Positions 36,462 through 44,505 of a stretch of DNA of 64,000 nucleotides are shown piece after piece; the first letter of the stretch is position 1; the number at the start of each line of letters is the position of its first letter. The translations under genes were made by a program, and so were the position numbers. The stretch is from a virus (lineage: Duplodnaviria; Caudoviricetes). Location of the stretch: IMG/VR virus record IMGVR_UViG_3300008954_000001; one strand, 5' to 3'. The notes below the pieces were generated by a model, which saw only the letters and a program-made list of their open reading frames with translations, ran no database searches and was not told the DNA's origin.

Positions 36462-36810
36462 TTTGGAAAGGCGTATCAGCATAGCCCTAACGCTGCTGTT
36501 CGCTCTGAACGTCACAGATGCTTTACTTACAATTGTTTGGGTACGCCTTGGGTTAGCCAATGAAGCAAATCCTCTTATGGCTGTTTTGGTAACAGACCAC
36601 ACCGTACTTTTCGTATTGGCTAAAGTGTTCTTGGTGTTGGCCGGGTGCTTCCTTTTATGGCGTTTCCGAATACAACCTCTTGCACGACACCTACTGGCAG
36701 TCTGTGTGCTGGCTTATGCGCTTGTAGTAGCGATACACACCCATATGATCCTTCAACTGGATCAAGTCCCACTCCAAGAAATCCAACGCTGTATAGAAGC
36801 GGCCTACTGA
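36424..36810 (+). CDS. DUF5658-family membrane protein (start probably slightly downstream)
   Basis: LNVTDALLT...GLANEANPLM...AK motif. Confidence 0.7.
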   Translation: MGCFYRHSFRGIDLERRISIALTLLFALNVTDALLTIVWVRLGLANEANPLMAVLVTDHTVLFVLAKVFLVLAGCFLLWRFRIQPLARHLLAVCVLAYALVVAIHTHMILQLDQVPLQEIQRCIEAAY

Positions 36811-39800
36811 ATAGTGGCCACGTCTTCGGGGGAGCACTCGACTTCATGGGGGTGCTCGGTTTGTGGGTGAGCAACAAAGGTAACGCCCATCTTCTCCACA
36901 AAACTTTGGAAGATGCTCATATGTTGGTCTTCCCAAACATGAACAACATCAAAGCCATGTTTGACATGGAGTTGGTGGATGACCTTCTTCTTATAGCTTG
37001 AAGTGTCGCCCCCTTTATTGAGGTACACCTCATCGAAGTTGAGTCCCGCACTCTTCAAGAGTTCTGGCACACGCCAACGGAACCTCCCGTCCATCCTACC
37101 CGTACAACAGATGGCCCAAACATTTGGGTTCCCTATGCTTCGTTTAGCTTCCGCTACGGTTTTACCATCCCACCATTCCTTACCTGGAGCGAGAGGAACA
37201 CACGGAGGACTTAGAGATAATTGGTTTCCCCACCACCCCTTTTGATCCCACCACGAAGGTTTATGTGGGGATCGAAACAACGTCCCATCGAAATCAAACA
37301 AGTGTAGTTCTTTTCGGCCACTGGCCCTTAGACGGCGGTTTACCACCTGTTCAACCATGCCGGGATCAAGAACCTCTCCTTGCCTCCTCGCCAGAAAACC
37401 CACCTGGCCTCTCAAAACCGGACCATTGATCTTTGTGTATCCTCGACCAAGTAATTTGTTGCTGTAGGCAGGGGAAACACCGTTCACCGCAACCGTAATA
37501 TGGGCGACACCCTTGTCTTGTCTTTGAATCCCTCGTGGTTGCACAACAACCGCTTGCCCGTGCTCGTCTGCGCCGTACCCAACCACTTTGAGTGCAATAC
37601 TGGCCCCGACAGGGAGATCCATGATTTCTTTATCGGTAGGCCCAAACTTGATGGTCATGTGGTGCGCTTTCACAGTTGGGTGAAGCGGCCCCACATTCTT
37701 TGTCCACCATCGCAGCAGTGCTTGAGAGTCAGACAAGAACACACCTGAGTACACAGCCTGACCAGCAGTTCTGCTAACGGCGAAGTTTTCGTATTCCCCT
37801 TTGATTACTTTCTCGAACCATTCCTTGTGCTCTTTAGGTAGGGTCTTGGTGGCTCGCATAGAAGCGGCTTCGCAGAGGTGCTCTTCGGCATCGGAAGCTG
37901 CGTAAATGGACGGAAACTTGAGTTTGTTCTCCGACTTCTTAAACCAGCCGAAGAGCGTCATTCGTTCTACTGTGCCTATCTCTTTCTTTGTGGCGATATC
38001 TACAAGATGGGCGGCTCCCCCATTACTCCCGTACTCGCTAACCATGACCTCTTTATTGTTGACCTGCATAGGCAACACTTCGCCCACTTCGGGCAACTTG
38101 GTTTCCACCCTCTTTGTGCTCAAGTCGGAATGGTATTGCCGCCACCTTTGCCAAATCGCCTTATCGAGAAACTTGTTCTTATAGCGATGGGTTAGTTCGT
38201 GGATCAGGTTTTGAACAGCACTGACTTCGGAGATGCCTTTACCACTGACCCGAAAGTAAACGGCATCTTTGGAAGGCATGTACCAAGCAGCCCAATTTGG
38301 TCTGCCGATCTTTCCAACGATGTACACATCCCCATAAAGGGTACGAGCAAACCTCGGCAACCCTGTTCCTCGCTTCGATTTTCGGACAGCCTTTTCAAGA
38401 ATCTGAGAGATCCGTGCTCTTTCCGCTTCGTCAGCACCAACCGTGTCGTGAACTGTGAATGGCCCAACTGTCCAAATGCCCCCACCTTCGCTGGATCTGT
38501 CTTTCCATTTGATACTATCAATCAGGAGGGGCCAACGCTTTTTGTTCGTCCGATACCACTTGTCATAACCTTGCCTTGGTCCTTTCCCCCTGCCGTACCG
38601 CACGGAAAAAAGCCTCGCAAGCATCTCAACACCTTTAGCCCTCCTTGCGGGGATCGCCTTCTTATCGATGACATGCTCAAGCCATTTCCGCCCGATTGCG
38701 TAAAACCTTTGCCACGCCATCCACAGTTCTGCCGTATTGCCCAACCCATGAGCTTCGTTGTAGTCGATGCGACTTTCAAACTCGTAGTAGGTCATCACAA
38801 GGGCCTCGGCCACCAGTGAAGGCGTAGCTTTTTTATCCCACTTCTCCATAACGGTGCCGTCATGGATGTAGGAGTCCTCCATCTTAGGGACAAGGTACTG
38901 TGAGCGTAGCGTTGAGGACTCGTGGCCTACGACTTCTGCGGTCGCTTCAAGGGCTTTCGTGAACTCGGCTTTGAGGATTTCGTCTTTCTCTTTTCGGTCA
39001 GTGGGGAGGGTCTTGCCCTTCTTACGCTGTTCTTTGAGTTGCCTGACCATCTCATCGTTGGCTCGGAATCCACGAATGTCTTTAGCGGTGATGTCGTACT
39101 TCTTTAGGTACTTGTTCACATCCTCTGCTTTGACAATACAATCGTCGCCTTCACACAGGACGGTATCTGTACCCGACTTGCCTTTGAGGGCTTTCTTCAA
39201 CGCTGAAACTGTTGCGTGGTCCGCAACAGTCTTCTTTTGGTCTACGCCTGACTTGCCTGTGTAAGTGAGGGTGGCTTTGCTGCCTGTGATTTTTACATGC
39301 TTGGCTTGAAGCGTGGTGACCCCGAAATGGCCTCGGTCTTTTACGGATTGGTCGTTGCCTACTCGCTCACAGGTTTCGTCCATCAGGGCGACTGCAAGGG
39401 CTGTCAAACGGACTTCGGGATCATCGGATTTGAGATCAGACTTGTACTGTTTCCGCAGGTCCAGGATGTTGCCTTTAAGTTTTTGAATCCGCTTCGCTTT
39501 TTCACGGTTGCGGTGGTCCACCTGTCCTTTGGAATACTCGTAGACGGTGGTCTTCCCAGACCCGTCAGCTTTATCCACCTGTTTCTTCTTCTTGAACTTG
39601 GCGGCTACTCGGCTGGCGGCTGCGTGAAACGTAGGCTGATAGTCAACTCTGGGCCATTTCACGAGGTTCAGGTCTTGATTGACCAACTCAAACTCATCTC
39701 CGACCTTGGGCTTAGGGTAAGACCAATACTGCTGTGCCATGAGTCCGGGGTGTCTCCCGATAGGCTCCAAGTCCTTCGGGTGGATACGCCTGATTTTGAA

Positions 39801-39932
39801 GACCACTTTATCAACGTAGTCGGGATCGGTGGGGTGTGTCTCGATCCTCAAAAGAGCAAGCTCGGAACCTTTCAAGGTCTTGAGGATCTGCCCCTTCCTG
39901 AAACCAGGGTTCGCATCGTATCGGGTGCTCAT
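36804..39932 (-). CDS. multidomain protein: topoisomerase IB + HExxH peptidase-like + 2H phosphodiesterase + HAD phosphatase
   Basis: TopIB pentad R190,K227,R287,H337,Y346; HELTH 578-582 plus EEHLCE; HMT(758) and HIT(811); DFDGT(880). Confidence 0.8.
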   Translation of the reverse strand: MSTRYDANPGFRKGQILKTLKGSELALLRIETHPTDPDYVDKVVFKIRRIHPKDLEPIGRHPGLMAQQYWSYPKPKVGDEFELVNQDLNLVKWPRVDYQPTFHAAASRVAAKFKKKKQVDKADGSGKTTVYEYSKGQVDHRNREKAKRIQKLKGNILDLRKQYKSDLKSDDPEVRLTALAVALMDETCERVGNDQSVKDRGHFGVTTLQAKHVKITGSKATLTYTGKSGVDQKKTVADHATVSALKKALKGKSGTDTVLCEGDDCIVKAEDVNKYLKKYDITAKDIRGFRANDEMVRQLKEQRKKGKTLPTDRKEKDEILKAEFTKALEATAEVVGHESSTLRSQYLVPKMEDSYIHDGTVMEKWDKKATPSLVAEALVMTYYEFESRIDYNEAHGLGNTAELWMAWQRFYAIGRKWLEHVIDKKAIPARRAKGVEMLARLFSVRYGRGKGPRQGYDKWYRTNKKRWPLLIDSIKWKDRSSEGGGIWTVGPFTVHDTVGADEAERARISQILEKAVRKSKRGTGLPRFARTLYGDVYIVGKIGRPNWAAWYMPSKDAVYFRVSGKGISEVSAVQNLIHELTHRYKNKFLDKAIWQRWRQYHSDLSTKRVETKLPEVGEVLPMQVNNKEVMVSEYGSNGGAAHLVDIATKKEIGTVERMTLFGWFKKSENKLKFPSIYAASDAEEHLCEAASMRATKTLPKEHKEWFEKVIKGEYENFAVSRTAGQAVYSGVFLSDSQALLRWWTKNVGPLHPTVKAHHMTIKFGPTDKEIMDLPVGASIALKVVGYGADEHGQAVVVQPRGIQRQDKGVAHITVAVNGVSPAYSNKLLGRGYTKINGPVLRGQVGFLARRQGEVLDPGMVEQVVNRRLRASGRKELHLFDFDGTLFRSPHKPSWWDQKGWWGNQLSLSPPCVPLAPGKEWWDGKTVAEAKRSIGNPNVWAICCTGRMDGRFRWRVPELLKSAGLNFDEVYLNKGGDTSSYKKKVIHQLHVKHGFDVVHVWEDQHMSIFQSFVEKMGVTFVAHPQTEHPHEVECSPEDVATIQ

Positions 39933-40186
39933 TCTTGCTCCTCATGCCGAAACCAGACTCGGAACAGTTGAATGGCTTTCGTCTGCTTGCGCCCTTTGGG
40001 AATAGGGTCTACCAAGACAAGGGGGTTCCCTTTGGGGTCTTTGTCGAACCCAACAATCACACCAGCCTTGTTCTTGTATTTGCCGTACCACACCTGATCT
40101 CCCTCATTCAGCGTAAGCGTGAGGGCTTCTTTCTTCCGTGCGTACTTAGCAGCTACTCTGGCAGCCCAAGGGTTCTCTTTCATCAC
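39929..40186 (-). CDS. small SH3/KOW-like protein with RVAAKY tag
   Basis: WAARVAAKY then GDQVWYGKYK...GVIV. Confidence 0.6.
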   Translation of the reverse strand: MMKENPWAARVAAKYARKKEALTLTLNEGDQVWYGKYKNKAGVIVGFDKDPKGNPLVLVDPIPKGRKQTKAIQLFRVWFRHEEQE

Positions 40187-42678
40187 ACGCCCTCGTGTTC
40201 GAGGATGGACTTGATTTCTTCTTGGGTCAGCCCCTTATCGAATTTTGCGTGGGCATACTCAACGATCTTGCCGACAAACTGTTCATAAAGTTCGTCGCTC
40301 TTGCCCTCTTTAGCGAGGCGGATCATGTCCTTGTCTTCAAGGATGGTATCGATTTCGGTAGAAGCAATCGTAGATACGGCGTTGACCATCCATTCCACAG
40401 CACTTCCAATACCCCCAAGAGCACCCGTCCCGTAGTTCCCCACAGCTTCAGCCATCGACCCACCCGCAAGCGTAGCTACATCCTGAGCGCCTTCAGCGTG
40501 GAGAAGCATCTTATCCCCTACCGCCGTGTACGCACCGATGCCGATATGGAGCGTAAGGGAGTTCAGAAAGGCTTTACCACCCACGGCGGCAAAGCCACCC
40601 GCAGTTGAAATGCCTCCGGTGGCAATACCGACACCTGTCGCTACTGCTATACCTCCCGCATAGATAGCGGAGCCGTATAGAACATCCCTCTCGCTGGCCT
40701 CTCCTTCACTACATTCAGTTTTGGAGCCTTCCGCATCACACCCCTTGGGCCATTTCTTCTTCTCGCTTGAAGGCACCCGCCCCTCTTTGATGCAATCCAT
40801 CAGAATCGTGGGTGTGTTGATAGCAACATTCCGAACTTCTCGAACGGTCGAGCCAGCCAGCTTTTTAACGATGTTTACAGGATTTGCGTGTTCCAGAATC
40901 TTCTTAGCAAGGCTTTTTGATTTCTTCTCGTCTGTGATCTGCGAAACGGCTTCTTGACCTTCCTTGGTCTGAATAGCTTTCGCTGTGGAGGCTGGCAGCT
41001 TCGTACCCTCAGGCACCCCCGCCGCTGACAAATGGGCTTTAGAAGGTGCGCTACCACCCCCAGAACCACCCCCGCTTTGGCTCTTTACCTTATGGTCACG
41101 CTCTTTGGCATTCGGGTGATCTCGCAGATGTTTCTTCATCGCCTCTTCGGTGGCGTGTTCCATCGCATAGCGATGAGCGACCTTTTGAGCCGAAAGTTTG
41201 AGTAAATAGCGTTCGGTTACTCGGTCTTGGCTGGTCTTGATCCCAGCTTCGGCAAGCTCATCTTCCAGTTCGTCGAGGATATCTTGCAAGGAAGTGGCTC
41301 CTGTGGGGGAACTTGACCCAACCTTCCCCATAGCTTTGTTCATAAATAGTTCCGGGTCGAAAGACAATGTGGGCCTCCCTTGCAATACAGCCCTTTCAAG
41401 AGAATCCTCTACTGAAGCTGTTGATAGGAAACGTAAAATAATCTCAGGATTGATATACGACTTACGAGTAGTATTCGCAGAGTCGTGAGACAAAGCGGCT
41501 TGCGCCACATCAATAGCCCTATTCAAAGTCTCCACAATCGCTTCCACCACCCTCTGTTTCAGGTCGGTTTTCGCTCCTGTGGAAAAGGCTTTAATCCGAT
41601 CAAACAAGGCGGCTTGTTCGTCTCGAAGCGCATCTAAAACAGCTTCCGTAGCCCGTAACTTCCTAAAGTCTGTGGGGGAAACGTCTTTGAACCGCTCTCG
41701 AAAGTAGCGTTGAAGGTCAGAGTAGGTGACTCGTTGGCCCTTGCTGGTAACGAAGATGAACTTACCGCCCTTAGCCTTGTCGGTTTGGGCTTTCAGGATC
41801 TTGATGATTTCAGCGTCCGTAAGGGAAGCGAAGTTATGGCCCCCCTTCTTGCCCAAGAATTCCAGTTCGGCAAAGTTGTCTCGGATGAATCTAACGTGCG
41901 ATGGGCCAAGCGTAATGGCCCCAAACGTCTCGATCTCAACCTTTTCTCCGTTCACCGTCTTAATGGCGGCATTTCCCTCTTTACCGGGTCGGATGCCTGT
42001 CTCCATCATGATCGCAGTAATCAGGGCGGAGAGCTTGATGACCTCATCCCCTGACTTTAGATCCCGCTTCACCTGCTTGGCGATCTGGTTGTAATCCCGA
42101 ATCAGGTTGTGCATTTTGTCGATCTTCTTCCCAAGCGTCAGGTGTTCGTTCTCGAACCGATCTGTGATCCCTTGAACTTGCCCGTTCTCATCGACATCTA
42201 CGACGATGTTATCGGGCAAGAAATCTCGAAGCTCGGTGGGAAGCACTTCCCGCATAGGGCCTTGGGCTTCGGCCATTGTGATCGCTTGAAAGCCCTTAAA
42301 GGCTTGTTTGTGGACTTCTACCAGAGCATCCCGAATAGTTTTACCTTTTGTAAGAACATCACGGGCTTGGTAGAGGATGGCTGACCGCCATGAGTAGGCT
42401 TTGGGGTGGTCGGCTTCCTTGCCGATATAGGTGTCTAAGTATTCGAGAAAGATGGGGTTATTCTTCACCAACTTGACGAAAGCTCTGGCCCTGCGAGAGA
42501 TCGACCCCTTATCCCGACCAGGGTGCTCCACTTTTGCGGAATCCGCATAGGGCTGGAGGGTTTTCAGGAGTTTCTTGAACTCCACCCCCGCCTTGCGGAC
42601 ATGCTTCTCCTGATCTTTTTTGTCTCGTTTGTACTGCCGAGACTCGTTAGTCGGTACTCTTGCCATTCGCTCTCTCAC
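40183..42678 (-). CDS. topoisomerase IB catalytic-domain protein with N- and C-terminal extensions
   Basis: ETGIRPG, FGAITL, FLGKKG, DFRKLRA, LSH...RKSYINP keep the full R-K-R-H-Y set. Confidence 0.8.
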   Translation of the reverse strand: MRERMARVPTNESRQYKRDKKDQEKHVRKAGVEFKKLLKTLQPYADSAKVEHPGRDKGSISRRARAFVKLVKNNPIFLEYLDTYIGKEADHPKAYSWRSAILYQARDVLTKGKTIRDALVEVHKQAFKGFQAITMAEAQGPMREVLPTELRDFLPDNIVVDVDENGQVQGITDRFENEHLTLGKKIDKMHNLIRDYNQIAKQVKRDLKSGDEVIKLSALITAIMMETGIRPGKEGNAAIKTVNGEKVEIETFGAITLGPSHVRFIRDNFAELEFLGKKGGHNFASLTDAEIIKILKAQTDKAKGGKFIFVTSKGQRVTYSDLQRYFRERFKDVSPTDFRKLRATEAVLDALRDEQAALFDRIKAFSTGAKTDLKQRVVEAIVETLNRAIDVAQAALSHDSANTTRKSYINPEIILRFLSTASVEDSLERAVLQGRPTLSFDPELFMNKAMGKVGSSSPTGATSLQDILDELEDELAEAGIKTSQDRVTERYLLKLSAQKVAHRYAMEHATEEAMKKHLRDHPNAKERDHKVKSQSGGGSGGGSAPSKAHLSAAGVPEGTKLPASTAKAIQTKEGQEAVSQITDEKKSKSLAKKILEHANPVNIVKKLAGSTVREVRNVAINTPTILMDCIKEGRVPSSEKKKWPKGCDAEGSKTECSEGEASERDVLYGSAIYAGGIAVATGVGIATGGISTAGGFAAVGGKAFLNSLTLHIGIGAYTAVGDKMLLHAEGAQDVATLAGGSMAEAVGNYGTGALGGIGSAVEWMVNAVSTIASTEIDTILEDKDMIRLAKEGKSDELYEQFVGKIVEYAHAKFDKGLTQEEIKSILEHEGV

Positions 42679-42770
42679 CGCTTACCCCAATAAAGGCACA
42701 CTACTCATAGAGTAGGATAAGAAATTTACCGAGATCCCATCCAACGGACTGTACCGATGAAGCGGGTATT

Positions 42771-43004
42771 GTGACCGTCTTACTTGGGATTGAGGAATAC
42801 ACCATGATTTACTTAGTGCTCTACACAATGGCTGTTATTTGGGTCGTTGCGGGGCTTCTCTACGCTGACAATTACTTAGTACATAGCAAGACCGAAGTGG
42901 TTTTTGCCCCTCTTTTACTGGTCTTCACCACCTTCCAATTCATTTTGGAGCGTGGATACCGTCTTTATCAACGGGGAACACGATCTTATCTATTCAGCAG
43001 GTAG
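42771..43004 (+). CDS. small membrane protein
   Basis: Two hydrophobic segments; GAGGA SD before MIYLV. Confidence 0.5.
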   Translation: MTVLLGIEEYTMIYLVLYTMAVIWVVAGLLYADNYLVHSKTEVVFAPLLLVFTTFQFILERGYRLYQRGTRSYLFSR

Positions 43005-43059
43005 CCGTTGGTTGCCCTATTGATCCACTAAAGCAACGGCTGCGGATCAAGGAGGCCCT

Positions 43060-43548
43060 ATGAGCTATTTAATGAACAAAAAGACCCGGTTTCGGCTTGG
43101 GGAGCTTGAAGATGCGGTAGAAGAACTCGCCTTCACACATACAATTTCGGCAGATCACGGGAGCAATCCCGACCAAATCGTGGTGTTTTCCTATAACGCT
43201 TCGGAGTTTCTTGGGGGGACAATGATTGTCTACCTCCGAGATGATGCCACGCCACCCAATACTGGCGTAGCTGAATACCTGTTCGTCAACGATCTTGCCT
43301 CCACACCCAATGCCGAAGCCAGCATAACAAAGGTCGATAAGCGGCATGTTAACGGAACCGCAGACCGAGGCACCACAGATCAACCTCTTAGTAATAACGC
43401 CGAAGCCCACATCGTAGATGGGGTCGTCAATCTGACGGTCGAACCTTCTAATATAGGTGCTCTCACCGCAGGTACGGTGCTGACAGGGGTTGCTTTAGTT
43501 ACCCCCATCCCGAACCTGTGGGAAATGGGCGGAGACCCTGGTGAGTGA
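43060..43548 (+). CDS. hypothetical beta-rich protein
   Basis: AAGGAGG SD. Confidence 0.65.
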   Translation: MSYLMNKKTRFRLGELEDAVEELAFTHTISADHGSNPDQIVVFSYNASEFLGGTMIVYLRDDATPPNTGVAEYLFVNDLASTPNAEASITKVDKRHVNGTADRGTTDQPLSNNAEAHIVDGVVNLTVEPSNIGALTAGTVLTGVALVTPIPNLWEMGGDPGE

Positions 43549-43550
43549 CC

Positions 43551-43793
43551 CTACTTGAACACTCGGTCTTTAGCTGTCTCGAACAACTGTGGAAGAAAGC
43601 TCTTTTTGAGGCGTAGAAGTCTCTCGAACTTCACCTTCTTACGAGCATCCACATAGAGTTGTGTAGGCTTCTTAATCTCGCCCTCAATAAGCTGATCCGA
43701 GAAATCATAGAACTTGGTACGCTCAGGGGGCTTCGCATAAGCATTGGTGTGGAAAAAGCTCAGAGCCAAGACCATCAGTAAACCCCTAATCAT
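43551..43793 (-). CDS. cglF: CglF/GltF-like secreted protein (myxobacterial gliding-motility family)
   Basis: Signal peptide (...AYA) plus YDFSD...EGEIKKP...Y...RKK..F..L......F.P.L pattern, recalled as the CglF signature; GAGGAG SD. Confidence 0.6.
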   Translation of the reverse strand: MIRGLLMVLALSFFHTNAYAKPPERTKFYDFSDQLIEGEIKKPTQLYVDARKKVKFERLLRLKKSFLPQLFETAKDRVFK

Positions 43794-43962
43794 CGTCTGG
43801 CTCCTCTACCCAAGAGGAAAAGCTCAAACCAAGACCACAACATGCCATGCTGATTAGACCTAAAAGCATTAAGTCCGTATTCCCCATGGCGGTCGCTAAC
43901 CCAAACAGGGCTAAGTTCATGCCCAAAGCACCAACCACAAGATCCCTGAACAAGCGTCTCAT
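43786..43962 (-). CDS. 58-aa two-TM membrane protein (not in ORF track)
   Basis: Manual translation MRRLFRDLVVGALGMNLALFGLATAMGNTDLMLLGLISMACCGLGLSFSSWVEEPDDD; couples the flanking genes. Confidence 0.55.
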   Translation of the reverse strand: MRRLFRDLVVGALGMNLALFGLATAMGNTDLMLLGLISMACCGLGLSFSSWVEEPDDD

Positions 43963-43965
43963 GGC

Positions 43966-44301
43966 TCAACCCTCTTTGTTCATGGCTTCCATCAACTTGA
44001 TAGCCATGAGCCACTGAAGCATCTTTTGAAGGTCCATTTCAGGGGACTCTTCAGTAGGCGTAGCGGCTTGGGTTCTAAGAGAGCACCAATCTTGGGTGGA
44101 CATTTGCGGGCCGTAAGCACCGCTTGAAAAATCGGCGGCCCCCATTTCGGCGGCCTTCGTGTCCCCACCCGAAGATGACGACCCCGTGTTTACAGCAGGG
44201 GTAGCTTCCGCACCCCCAACAGCGGCGGCTCCTGAACCAGCACTAACTGATCCGCCAGCGTTAGCTGCGCCTCCCGCTCCTCCAACTCCTCCAACATTCA
44301 T
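43966..44301 (-). CDS. Gly/Ala-rich low-complexity protein with helical C-terminus
   Basis: GAGAAGG SD; operon position. Confidence 0.55.
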   Translation of the reverse strand: MNVGGVGGAGGAANAGGSVSAGSGAAAVGGAEATPAVNTGSSSSGGDTKAAEMGAADFSSGAYGPQMSTQDWCSLRTQAATPTEESPEMDLQKMLQWLMAIKLMEAMNKEG

Positions 44302-44310
44302 AACCTTCTC

Positions 44311-44505
44311 TCACTTTGGTTTGTTCCATGGCTTTTTGCCCCAAGCGATGAGAAGTGCTTTACAAAGAGTCAAAACGATTCGATTGTGGTTGTGGAAGAT
44401 ATTCAACTGCTGTCTACCCGACAGCGACAACCATTCTCTTACTTGTTCTTCCGAAAGAGTTTCTGGGTCCCAGTTTGGTTCTTCAGATTTCTTTCGATAG
44501 GACAC
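44311..44505 (-). CDS. hypothetical protein (probable GTG start 44505)
   Basis: GAGGT SD before GTG; overlaps end of the vWA gene. Confidence 0.4.
   Translation of the reverse strand: MSYRKKSEEPNWDPETLSEEQVREWLSLSGRQQLNIFHNHNRIVLTLCKALLIAWGKKPWNKPK

Noticed and set aside
39297-39971. Long antisense ORFs (also 51560-52153, 34620-35201, 10600-11019 and many inside the 3064-aa gene)
   Set aside because: Shadow frames opposite genes with clear motifs; no SD or recognisable domains
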